Source: an uncultured Christensenella sp.
GTDB taxonomy: Bacteria; Bacillota; Clostridia; Christensenellales; CAG-138
Direction of reading: 5' to 3'
NCBI GenBank assembly: GCA_964426415.1
Contig: CAYRQM010000001.1
Coordinates: 66,803 to 130,802, forward strand
Length of the DNA: 64,000 nt
Shown piece after piece: positions 47,133 through 55,371 of this stretch. Numbering within the stretch: position 1 is the stretch's first letter; each line of letters starts with the position of its first letter. The notes below the pieces were generated by a model. That model saw only the letters and a list, made by a program, of their open reading frames with translations. It was not told the origin of the DNA and did no database searches. Made by a program: the position numbers and the translations under genes.

Positions 47133-47876
47133 ATGTATTGCGAAAATTGCGGCAATCTCTGCCCGGAAGGGACGTCCTTCTGCGCAAAATGCGGCGCGCC
47201 GCTTCTTGCAACGCCCGTGCCGCCCGCCACGACGCCGCCCGTGCAGGACGATGGCTTGGGCGCGCAGATTGGGCATTTTGCCTGTCCGCGGGTCAAGCGC
47301 AAAAAGTCCACCGCCATGATTGTCTGGGGCGCGGTGCTGACCGCTTTGGCGCTGCTGCTGATCGTTGCGAGCATCGTCTTTTGGGTCAGCGTCATGGTCA
47401 AAATTGCCGACGCAGGCGTGCATGACGACGCCGTGATCGAGCAGTTTGAGCAGTTCGGCGAGATGGAAGATTATGACGACTTCCAAGAATTCGAAAAGGA
47501 CTTCTCGTTCAACACCTTCGACGACTCCTATACGCGTGCTGCGTTAGCGGCGTTCATCCTCTATATGTGCGGCATGACGCTGGGCGTTCTGATGGTAATC
47601 GGCGGCGACCTGCTGCTGGTGTTTGGCATCCTGTTTGCCGCCCGTTCCAAGCGGCTGTACGTCAACCTGTACGAGCGCGGCATGGACGGGCTGACCGCGC
47701 TGAGCAAGTTCCGCTCCATGCGGTTTGCCGTGCGCTACGGCGATATCACCCGCGTCGAGGACACCGCGTTTGGCGTGCGCATCTACAGCAGCGGCATCAC
47801 CATCGCGCTCTATATGGACGCCGACCTGCCCGCCTTCAAAGCGGCGCTGGCACCCTACTGCCCGACCACGCTTTAA
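47133..47876 (+). CDS. zinc-ribbon membrane protein of unknown function
   Basis: N-terminal CENCGN..CAKCG zinc ribbon, Pro-rich linker, TM helix, acidic segment, a second TM pair and a ~70-aa C-terminal soluble domain. Confidence 0.6.
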   Translation: MYCENCGNLCPEGTSFCAKCGAPLLATPVPPATTPPVQDDGLGAQIGHFACPRVKRKKSTAMIVWGAVLTALALLLIVASIVFWVSVMVKIADAGVHDDAVIEQFEQFGEMEDYDDFQEFEKDFSFNTFDDSYTRAALAAFILYMCGMTLGVLMVIGGDLLLVFGILFAARSKRLYVNLYERGMDGLTALSKFRSMRFAVRYGDITRVEDTAFGVRIYSSGITIALYMDADLPAFKAALAPYCPTTL

Positions 47877-47890
47877 GTCCATTTCAAAAG

Positions 47891-47915
47891 CAGCCCCCAC
47901 GCGGGGCTGTTTTTT
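47891..47915 (+). terminator. intrinsic terminator
   Basis: CAGCCCC-5 nt-GGGGCTG followed by TTTTTT. Confidence 0.7.
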
Positions 47916-47992
47916 GCTTTTGGCGCCCGCCCTTGCGCTTTTCGGCAAAAGCGTGTATAATGGCACAAATCTGAAAGAAAGGAGGAAACACA

Positions 47993-49168
47993 ATGGATCT
48001 GTTTTCAAAATGTACCAATCCGATGTTGGACGAAGTGCGTGCAAAGGACATGTACCCGTACTTTCACGCGCTATCTTCCAAGCAGGACACAGAAGTGATC
48101 ATGGAAGGCAAACGCCGCATCATGCTCGGTTCGAACAGCTATCTCGGCCTGACGACCCATCCACGGGTCATTGAGGCGGGCGTACAAGCGCTCAAGACGT
48201 ATGGTTCGGGCTGCGCGGGTTCTCGCTTTCTGAACGGCACTTTGGTTCTGCACACACAGTTGGAACGCGAGCTTGCGGCATTCTTGGGCAAAGAAGCCTG
48301 CATGACGTTTTCCACGGGATTCCAGACCAACCTCGGCATTATCAGCGCGATTACAGGGAAGCGGGACTACATCCTATGCGACCGTGAAAACCATGCAAGC
48401 ATCTACGACGGCTGTCGTTTGAGCATGGCTACGATGGTTCGCTATCGCCATAGCGACATGGCTGATCTCGAAAAGAAACTTTCGGAGCTTCCCTCGGACG
48501 CGGGCAAACTGATTGTGACCGACGGCGTTTTTTCCATGGGCGGGGATATCGCAAACCTGCCCGAGATCGTGCGGCTGGCAAAGCAATACGATGCACGCAC
48601 GATGGTGGATGACGCGCACGGGCTGGGCGTGTTGGGCGAAGGCGGACGCGGAACGGCGTCGTACTTCGGGCTGACCGATCAAGTCAATATCCTGATGGGC
48701 ACGTTCAGCAAGTCGCTTGCAAGCTGCGGCGGCTACATGGCGGCGTCCGAGCGCGTGGTCGATTATGTACGGCACGTTTCGCGCCCGTTCATCTTCTGCG
48801 CGTCCATTCCGCCTGCAAGCTGTGCCACCGCCATCGAAGCGCTGCACATCCTCATCGAGGAACCCGAACGGCCTGCACGCCTGCTCAAGCTTGCAAGCTA
48901 TATGCGTGAAGGGCTCAAGCAGCGGGGCATTGCCATTCGCGAAAGCACCACGCCCATCATTCCCATCTACACGAACGATGCGGAAACGACGCTGCGCGCC
49001 GCGAAAGCGGCATACGACGCGGGCGTGTATGTCAATCCCGTCCTGCCGCCTGCCACCCATCCTTCGGAATGTCTGCTGCGCACCAGCTACATGGCGACGC
49101 ACACCGAAGCGTTGCTCAACGAGGCGCTGGACATCCTTGCGGACGTGGTAAAGACCTATGTCAAGTGA
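47993..49168 (+). CDS. PLP-dependent alpha-oxoamine synthase, serine palmitoyltransferase-like
   Basis: AAAGGAGG RBS. YPYFHAL..QDTEVIMEGKRRIMLGSNSYLGL, GSGCAGSRFLNGT, FSTGFQTNLGIIS, NHASIYDGC, VDDAHGLG, PLP-Lys GTFSKS, RPFIFCASIPP. Confidence 0.85.
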   Translation: MDLFSKCTNPMLDEVRAKDMYPYFHALSSKQDTEVIMEGKRRIMLGSNSYLGLTTHPRVIEAGVQALKTYGSGCAGSRFLNGTLVLHTQLERELAAFLGKEACMTFSTGFQTNLGIISAITGKRDYILCDRENHASIYDGCRLSMATMVRYRHSDMADLEKKLSELPSDAGKLIVTDGVFSMGGDIANLPEIVRLAKQYDARTMVDDAHGLGVLGEGGRGTASYFGLTDQVNILMGTFSKSLASCGGYMAASERVVDYVRHVSRPFIFCASIPPASCATAIEALHILIEEPERPARLLKLASYMREGLKQRGIAIRESTTPIIPIYTNDAETTLRAAKAAYDAGVYVNPVLPPATHPSECLLRTSYMATHTEALLNEALDILADVVKTYVK

Positions 49169-49949
49169 GCGAATCGTCGTCATCACGGGCGCGTCGGGCG
49201 GCATCGGGCTTTGCACCGCGCAAGCATTTATTCAGCGCGGCGACACGGTGTATTCGCTTTCCCGCAGCGCACCGCCCGACCCTGCCGTGCGGCACATTCC
49301 CACCGACGTCACCGACGAAGCGGCGGTCAACGCTGCCATCTTGCAGGTGCAATCCGAAGCGGGACGCATCGACGTACTGGTGCTGAACGCGGGCATGGGC
49401 GTGTCGGGCGCGGTTGAGTTTACCGCCCTGTCCGAAGCGCAGCGGCAGTTTGACGTTTGCTTCTTCGGCGCCATGCGCACGATGCAGGCGGCGCTGCCCG
49501 CCCTGCGGCAAAGCAAGGGCATGGCGATCTTCGTCTCATCGGTGGCTGCGGTCACGCCGATTCCGTTTCAGGCGTATTACTCGGCGGCAAAGGCTGCCAT
49601 CGTTTCGATGGTGGGCGCGCTGCGGGGCGAATTGAACGGCACGGGCGTGCGCGTCTGCGCCATCCTGCCGGGCGACGTCAAGACGGGCTTCACCCAAAAT
49701 CGCCGCAAATGCGCCGTGGGGGCAGAGGTGTATCCGTCGCTCACGCGCTCGGTTGCACGGATGGAACACGACGAGCAGCACGGCATGGCGCCTGCGCGCA
49801 TCGCTTCTGCCATCGTAAAAACGGCTTCCAAGCGGCGTCCCAAGCCGTACCGCAGCGTCGGCTTTGCCTATCGCGCCGTACTGGTGCTGCAAAAGCTGCT
49901 GCCTGCGCGGTTTGTCAGCTTCGTTCTGGGCAAGCTGTACGCATCCTAA
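49158..49949 (+). CDS. classical short-chain dehydrogenase/reductase
   Basis: ITGASGGIG (TGxxxGxG), LVLNAGMG (NAG), SSVAA...YYSAAK (S...YxxxK). 11-nt overlap with the upstream synthase gene. Confidence 0.88.
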   Translation: MSSERIVVITGASGGIGLCTAQAFIQRGDTVYSLSRSAPPDPAVRHIPTDVTDEAAVNAAILQVQSEAGRIDVLVLNAGMGVSGAVEFTALSEAQRQFDVCFFGAMRTMQAALPALRQSKGMAIFVSSVAAVTPIPFQAYYSAAKAAIVSMVGALRGELNGTGVRVCAILPGDVKTGFTQNRRKCAVGAEVYPSLTRSVARMEHDEQHGMAPARIASAIVKTASKRRPKPYRSVGFAYRAVLVLQKLLPARFVSFVLGKLYAS

Positions 49950-49952
49950 AGC

Positions 49953-49980
49953 AAGAGCCGTTTTCGGACGGCTCTTTTCT
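49953..49980 (+). terminator. intrinsic terminator after the SDR gene
   Basis: AAGAGCCG-8 nt-CGGCTCTT followed by TTCT. Confidence 0.65.
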
Positions 49981-50078
49981 CTGTCATAACAAGTTCACAT
50001 TATAATTAGAAACGAGCGCTTGACGAACGGGCAAATTTTTCGTATACTGATAGAAGTCGTAGGAAAGGATACAAAAGA

Positions 50079-50489
50079 ATGATTCAGAACCTGATCCAAC
50101 CTGTACTTTACGGTTTGTCCACCGGCTCTTGCAGCTTGTTTGGCACGTCCACCGATTCGGCAGCCACCACCACCTCCGGTTGCGGCGGCAGCGATTGGAT
50201 GAGCCTTGCCTTACCCATCGCGCTCATCCTCGTCCTGATCGTCGTCATGATCGTGCCGCAGCGTCGGCGCGACAAGAAGGTCAAAGATATGCTCGGCGCA
50301 CTCAAGCCGGGTGATCGCGTGCGCACCATCGGCGGCGTCTACGGCACCATCTCCTCCATCAAGGATGATGTCATCGTGCTGGCAGTCGGGCCCGACAAGG
50401 TCAAGCTGGTCTTTGCCCGCGGCGCCATCTCACAGGTCGAAGATGCAGGCGTCGAAAATACCATGAACGAAGAAGTCCGAGACAAATAA
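50079..50489 (+). CDS. yajC: preprotein translocase subunit YajC (with ~40-aa N-terminal extension)
   Basis: LILVLIVVMIVPQRRRDKKVKDML..LKPGDRVRTIGGVYGTI is the canonical YajC core. TTGACG-17-TATACT promoter upstream. An alternative internal ATG at 50199 would give a normal-length protein. Confidence 0.85.
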   Translation: MIQNLIQPVLYGLSTGSCSLFGTSTDSAATTTSGCGGSDWMSLALPIALILVLIVVMIVPQRRRDKKVKDMLGALKPGDRVRTIGGVYGTISSIKDDVIVLAVGPDKVKLVFARGAISQVEDAGVENTMNEEVRDK

Positions 50490-50508
50490 TCCTCTCGCCT
50501 ATTTCTGT

Positions 50509-50540
50509 CCCCGCACCCAAGTGGTCGCGGGGCTTTTTTC
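50509..50540 (+). terminator. intrinsic terminator after yajC
   Basis: CCCCGC-12 nt-GCGGGG followed by CTTTTTT. Confidence 0.65.
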
Positions 50541-50596
50541 GTGTCTGCATATCGGCGTAAGCACCCGCATACCTTCTACGGAAGGGGGTGCTTGGG

Positions 50597-51022
50597 ATGC
50601 GCAAAGGTTCAAAACGAAGAAAGCGGACGCGCTCACCCATATGGACGTGTGCCAAGGCGGCGCTGATTGCGTGCGCATTGACCGTTCTCTTGGTGCTGCT
50701 GCAAAGTCTGATGCTCTATTGGGAATGGATCGGCGAGGACGCCGTCTCCGTGGGCAATCTCATCATAAAGCTGGCGTCGGCGGCGCTTGCCGGCGCGTTG
50801 TGCGGGCGCGTATGCAAGGAACGCGCATGGCTGATGGGCGGCGGTGCGGCGGCGCTGTACTATGCCGTCACCGTGGGAATCCTGTGGCTGCTCCTTGGCC
50901 GCATCGGGCTGACGTGGAATGCGCTGGCGGATCTTTGTATGGTCACAATCGTGGGCGTGTGCATCGCGGCGGTGGTGGCACTGCTCAAGAAGCGCGGCGA
51001 CGGAAAAGAAAAAGCCCGATAG
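50597..51022 (+). CDS. small 4-TM membrane protein (YrzE/TIGR04086-like)
   Basis: GGAAGGGGG RBS then ATG at 50597 (GTG at 50588 also in frame). Basic N-terminus, four hydrophobic helices and a basic C-terminus. Confidence 0.55.
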   Translation: MRKGSKRRKRTRSPIWTCAKAALIACALTVLLVLLQSLMLYWEWIGEDAVSVGNLIIKLASAALAGALCGRVCKERAWLMGGGAAALYYAVTVGILWLLLGRIGLTWNALADLCMVTIVGVCIAAVVALLKKRGDGKEKAR

Positions 51023-51051
51023 CAAGCGCCATCGGGCAAACGTTCGGGCGG

Positions 51052-52518
51052 TCAAATGCGGCCGCTCATTTTTGTGTACGCACGGATGCGGGCGGCAAGC
51101 GCGTCGGAAAAATCGTCGCGGGCGGCGCGATACGTCCACCAGCCCATCGTGCCGGGCCAATTCATCCGCTTGTCGTCGCCCTCGCCCAAGTAGTCCTGCA
51201 ACTGCAGAATGGCAAGCTCTGCCACCGAGGTCAACAGCCCCCGCGCAAAGCCGAACGGCAACCCTTCGCGCTCGTTCAGCCCCAAATAGTCGATGGCGAA
51301 CGAGAGGTCTTGGGGCGCCGCCGTCTGCACCCAGCCCATGATGGGCGAATTGTCGTGCGTGCCCGTGTAGGCAACGCAGTGGGTGCAATAGTTGTGCGGC
51401 AGCTCGCGGGAGTCGGCAGACGGGCTAAACCCAAACTGCATGACGCGCATCCCCGGGAACCCCGATTCCGACAGCAGCTTCTTGACTTCTGGCGTCAGAT
51501 AGCCCAAATCCTCTGCAATGATGCGCACGCTTGGCAGCGCCGCCTTGATGGCACGCACCAGATCCATGCCGGGGCCGGGATACCATTGTCCCGGACGCGC
51601 ATCCGCCGCGCCGTAGGGCACGCTCCAAAAGCTCTCCAGCCCGCGAAAATGGTCGATGCGCACCGTTTCAAACTTGCGCGCCATGGCGCCGATGCGGCGA
51701 ATCCACCATGCGAAGCCTTCGTCGCGGTGGGCGTCCCAGGCGTAGACGGGATTGCCCCAAAGCTGTCCCAGCTCGGTGAAATAATCGGGCGGCACGCCTG
51801 CCACCAAGGTGGGCGTAAAGGTTTCATCCAACTGAAACAGATGCGGGCTCGCCCAAGTGTCCGCGCTGTCCAGCGGCACATACATCGGCACGTCGCCAAT
51901 CAACGATACGCCGTTCTCGGCAGCGTAGGCATGGAGCGCCGTCCATTGCCGATCGAACAGGTATTGCACAAAGCAGTAGAAAGCGCAGTCCTCCCGCAGC
52001 CGTTCCCGATACAGGGCGAGCGCTTCGGGCGTGCGGCGCTTGAGCGCTTCGTCGGGCCACGCGTACCAAGGCGCCTCCGAAAAATGTGCCTTTGCCGCGC
52101 AAAACAGCGCGTAGTCGGGCAGCCAGTCCGCGTTGGCGTCGCAAAACGCCGCCATCTCGGCGCGGTCAAACCGCAAAAATGCCTTTTTCAGCACGGGCAG
52201 GCGCAGCGCCCACAGCTTGCCGTAATCGGTGCGGGTGGGATCGTCGCCCCAATCCAAGTCGCAGTCTGCAGCGTCCAGCAGCCCGTCGGACACCAGCGTG
52301 TCCAAGTCGATCAGGTACGGATTGCCCGCGAAGGTGGAGTTGCTCTGATACGGGGAATCGCCGTATCCCGTGGGGGTAATCGGCAGCATCTGCCAATAGG
52401 ACTGGCCCGCTTTCTTGAGAAAATCGACGAACGCAAATGCGTCTTGCCCCAGCGTGCCGACGCCGTGCGGGCTTGGCAAAGAGGTGATGTGCAGGAGAAT
52501 CCCGCTTGCTCGTTTCAT
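51052..52518 (-). CDS. malQ: 4-alpha-glucanotransferase (amylomaltase)
   Basis: SGILLHITSLPS, YWQMLPI..GDSPYQS, RIDHFRGL, IIAEDLG, GTHDN. Confidence 0.95.
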   Translation of the reverse strand: MKRASGILLHITSLPSPHGVGTLGQDAFAFVDFLKKAGQSYWQMLPITPTGYGDSPYQSNSTFAGNPYLIDLDTLVSDGLLDAADCDLDWGDDPTRTDYGKLWALRLPVLKKAFLRFDRAEMAAFCDANADWLPDYALFCAAKAHFSEAPWYAWPDEALKRRTPEALALYRERLREDCAFYCFVQYLFDRQWTALHAYAAENGVSLIGDVPMYVPLDSADTWASPHLFQLDETFTPTLVAGVPPDYFTELGQLWGNPVYAWDAHRDEGFAWWIRRIGAMARKFETVRIDHFRGLESFWSVPYGAADARPGQWYPGPGMDLVRAIKAALPSVRIIAEDLGYLTPEVKKLLSESGFPGMRVMQFGFSPSADSRELPHNYCTHCVAYTGTHDNSPIMGWVQTAAPQDLSFAIDYLGLNEREGLPFGFARGLLTSVAELAILQLQDYLGEGDDKRMNWPGTMGWWTYRAARDDFSDALAARIRAYTKMSGRI

Positions 52519-52639
52519 ACTTTTTCTTCCTTCATGGAAATTTCACTTCCATTTTAACACAAGTATGGTATAATACAAGAAATATTTGATAAGAGTATCA
52601 TGGAACGTGTGCGGTATTTGCGCACGAGAAGGAGTGAAT

Positions 52640-53551
52640 ATGGCTAAAAATGACTTATTGCAATTGTCCCCTGAGGTCGCAGCGGCATTGAAAGCGGGAA
52701 AGCCTGCCGTCGCAATGGAGAGCACCATCATCTCGCATGGGATGCCCTATCCGCAAAATGTCGAAACAGCGTTGGAATGCCAGCGCATCTGCCGCGAGAA
52801 CGGTGCGGTGCCCGCCACCTGCGCCATTTTGGGAGGCAAGCTGTGCGCCGGGCTGACCGACGAGCAGATCGACTATCTGGGCAGAGAAGGGCTCAAAATC
52901 ACCAAGGCGTCTCGCCGCGATTTGCCCATGCTGATTGCCAAAAAGATGGACGGCGCCACCACCGTGGCTGCCACCATGATCGTTGCGGCGGCGGCAGGCG
53001 TGAAGGTCTTTGCAACGGGCGGCATCGGCGGCGTACACCGCGGCGCCGAAACCACCATGGACATTTCCGCCGACTTGGAAGAGCTTGCCAACACGCCCGT
53101 CTGCGTGGTGTGCGCAGGCGCAAAGAGCATTTTGGATTTGGGACTCACCATGGAATACTTAGAAACCAAGGGCGTTCCCGTCGTGGGCTATGGCACGGAC
53201 GAGCTGCCCGCCTTCTACACCCGCAGCAGCGGATACAAGGTGCCGTGGCGTGCGGACGCGCCCCAAGACGTCGCCGACGCCATCAAAGCATCCGCCGAGA
53301 TGGGCTATCACGGCGGCATGCTGGTGGTCAATCCCATTCCCGAAGCGTACTCCATGGACGCCGATTACATCAACGGCGCCATCGACAAGGCCATCCGCGA
53401 AGCCAAGGAACAGGGCATTCGCGGCAAGGCGACCACGCCGTTTTTGCTGGCTGCCATCAAGGACATCACGGGCGGTTCCAGCCTTGCGGCAAACATTCAG
53501 CTCGTCTACAACAACGTCAAGGTCGCAGCGCAAATTGCAGCGTCCATGTAA
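52640..53551 (+). CDS. psuG: pseudouridine-5'-phosphate glycosidase
   Basis: GAAGGAG RBS before the ATG at 52640. ALKAGKPAVAMESTIISHGMPYPQN, TVAATM, FATGGIGGVHRG, VVCAGAKSILD. Confidence 0.93.
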   Translation: MAKNDLLQLSPEVAAALKAGKPAVAMESTIISHGMPYPQNVETALECQRICRENGAVPATCAILGGKLCAGLTDEQIDYLGREGLKITKASRRDLPMLIAKKMDGATTVAATMIVAAAAGVKVFATGGIGGVHRGAETTMDISADLEELANTPVCVVCAGAKSILDLGLTMEYLETKGVPVVGYGTDELPAFYTRSSGYKVPWRADAPQDVADAIKASAEMGYHGGMLVVNPIPEAYSMDADYINGAIDKAIREAKEQGIRGKATTPFLLAAIKDITGGSSLAANIQLVYNNVKVAAQIAASM

Positions 53552-53555
53552 CAAA

Positions 53556-54473
53556 ATGAAACGGTGGCTTGCGGCGCTGTTTGCGGTTTTGCTTCTGTTT
53601 GGCAGCATGACCGTGGCAGCGGAACAGAATCGGATGACCGGGGACGTAAACGGCGACAATGCCATTACGGCGTATGATGCTGTGATGGTTTTGCGCCATG
53701 TGTCCGCGCTCGAATCCATCACGGCGGCGTCCTTGCCCTTTGGCGACGCCGACGGCGACGGCTACATCACCGCGTCCGACGCCACCATCATCCTGCGCCA
53801 TGTCGCCGATTTACAGCACATCGGCGAAACGGCAAAGCCCACCGAAACACCCACCGAAACGCCGACCGCGACGCCCACCGCAACGCCCACCGAAGCGCCC
53901 GCTGCGACGCCTTTGCCTACGGCAACCGCCACCGCTACGGCTACGCCCGCTTATGATGCGGCAGAGTACGCCCTTGTGGTGACGGGGCTTGGCAGCGCGG
54001 ACGCCCAATATGCCGAAGCCGTCGCCACCTACATCCATCGGCTGGACGCGGCAGACTCGTATTCCGCCATCGTGCACGCCGCACTGCCGTACATGGGCAT
54101 CCCCTACGGCACGGGCGAAGGGCAGCTCGACTGCAGCGCATTCGTCAAGCAGGCGTACCGCGACTGCGGCTACAGCAGCTCGGTCATCACCGGCAATTCC
54201 GACGGCATGATCAGCTTCTTCCGCAACAAGAACAAGCTGCAAGCCGTCTTGGACGGCGACGGCGCCATCCAATACGATCTGCTCAAAACGGGCTACGTCC
54301 TGCTGTATGTGGACGGCAGCGGCGCGGGCAACCATGTGGCGATCTATTTGGGCGTCGTAAACGGCATTCCGTTCCTTCTGGACGCATCCACGGGCCGCAA
54401 TGCGGTCTGTATCCGCCGCGTGTGGGACTATGCTCCTTGGAACCTCACCTACTTCGCTGCGCCGCTTGGCTGA
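53556..54473 (+). CDS. secreted dockerin-domain / NlpC-P60 cysteine peptidase
   Basis: Signal peptide MKRWLAALFAVLLLFGSMTVAA. Two dockerin-type Ca-binding repeats (DVNGDNAITAYDAVMVLRHV, DADGDGYITASDATIILRHV). Pro/Thr linker (PTETPTETPTATPTATPT). NlpC/P60 core with DCSAFV Cys and GNHVAIYLG His. The track start at 53190 is an extension. Confidence 0.82.
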   Translation: MKRWLAALFAVLLLFGSMTVAAEQNRMTGDVNGDNAITAYDAVMVLRHVSALESITAASLPFGDADGDGYITASDATIILRHVADLQHIGETAKPTETPTETPTATPTATPTEAPAATPLPTATATATATPAYDAAEYALVVTGLGSADAQYAEAVATYIHRLDAADSYSAIVHAALPYMGIPYGTGEGQLDCSAFVKQAYRDCGYSSSVITGNSDGMISFFRNKNKLQAVLDGDGAIQYDLLKTGYVLLYVDGSGAGNHVAIYLGVVNGIPFLLDASTGRNAVCIRRVWDYAPWNLTYFAAPLG

Positions 54474-54558
54474 CGCATCGTTTCGCATCTTTTAGGGCGC
54501 GCCGCGTGCGCGTCCTTTTTGCGCGCATCTGTCGCACAAATATCACAATTTAGGTATA

Positions 54559-54587
54559 TTGACAAAAAGGCAACATTGCGTGATAAT
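54559..54587 (+). promoter_or_regulatory. sigma-A-type promoter of the XRE gene
   Basis: TTGACA (54559-54564), 17 nt, GATAAT (54582-54587). Flanked by the imperfect inverted repeat TATCACAAT (54541-54549) / ATTGCGTGATA (54575-54585). Confidence 0.5.
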
Positions 54588-54633
54588 GGAAGTGGAGGAG
54601 AAGTATACGGACAAAAACGAAAGGAGTACCACC

Positions 54634-55185
54634 ATGACAAAGAAAGCAAAATGGAAATTGACCAAGCAGGAGCAAAAGGCGTACATCGCGGCATTCACAG
54701 AAGAGCTGGCGACGCTGCGTGCGAAGGTGGACATTTCGCAGGACGAGCTGTCACACATGATCGGCATTTCTCGGCAGACGCTGTCCGCCATCGAAAGTGG
54801 CAAGCGCCCCATGTCGTGGCCGACGTATTTGGCGTTGTTGGTGTTCTTCGACTACCACCAAGCGACCCACAAAATGCTGCGCAATTTGCCCGCATTCCCC
54901 AACGAGCTGATCGACCGCATCAACGGCGGCGGCATGGCTTCTTTGGAAAGCAGCGCGGTGCTGAACGGCGAACAGGGCAAAGAAGCGGCACGCATGGTGC
55001 AAACGCTGGATGAGCAGGGCGTACACGCGGTCAAGACGGTGCTCATGATCGAATACGCACGCTGCACCAACCGCACCGGCGACGACGTCGTCCGTGCATT
55101 CAACGGCATCGACTACAGCGGGTTCCCCACCTTGGCGGAACGCCGCGCAGCGGACGCGCTCAAGCGCATCAAAAACAAAGACTAA
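54634..55185 (+). CDS. XRE-family helix-turn-helix transcriptional regulator
   Basis: AAAGGAG RBS before the ATG at 54634. HTH_3 core ISQDELSHMIGISRQTLSAIESGKRPMSW. ~100-aa C-terminal domain of unknown function. Confidence 0.85.
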   Translation: MTKKAKWKLTKQEQKAYIAAFTEELATLRAKVDISQDELSHMIGISRQTLSAIESGKRPMSWPTYLALLVFFDYHQATHKMLRNLPAFPNELIDRINGGGMASLESSAVLNGEQGKEAARMVQTLDEQGVHAVKTVLMIEYARCTNRTGDDVVRAFNGIDYSGFPTLAERRAADALKRIKNKD

Positions 55186-55188
55186 TCC

Positions 55189-55368
55189 ATGACAGATCGG
55201 GACATCGCCAAGTGTGCCGGAGCATTTCTGAAACAGTACACCGACGGCGCAACAACCTGTGACGCACTCAAAAACGCCCTGCAAAAGCAGGGCTTTACTG
55301 TGATAGCCTTCTCCAATCTGGCAAATGACGCCGATGTGGACGATTTGGCACGGGCGCTTGGCGTATAA
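55189..55368 (+). CDS. 59-aa N-terminal fragment of an ImmA/IrrE-type (COG2856) metallopeptidase, ending at an in-frame TAA
   Basis: ATG lies 3 nt after the XRE stop. Translation: MTDRDIAKCAGAFLKQYTDGATTCDALKNALQKQGFTVIAFSNLANDADVDDLARALGV. Same reading frame as the next ORF. Confidence 0.5.
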   Translation: MTDRDIAKCAGAFLKQYTDGATTCDALKNALQKQGFTVIAFSNLANDADVDDLARALGV

Positions 55369-55371
55369 GAA

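Noticed and set aside
50521-52557. 678-aa plus-strand ORF.
   Set aside because: It is antisense to malQ and overlaps the 4-TM membrane protein gene in another frame. The composition is an Arg/Gly/Ala/His shadow type.
53830-53945. Tandem nucleotide repeat (ACNCCNACNGAA/GCN units).
   Set aside because: It is simply the coding sequence of the Pro/Thr linker (PTETPTETPTATPTATPTEAPAATPLPTATATATATP) of the dockerin-NlpC/P60 protein. It is not an independent element.
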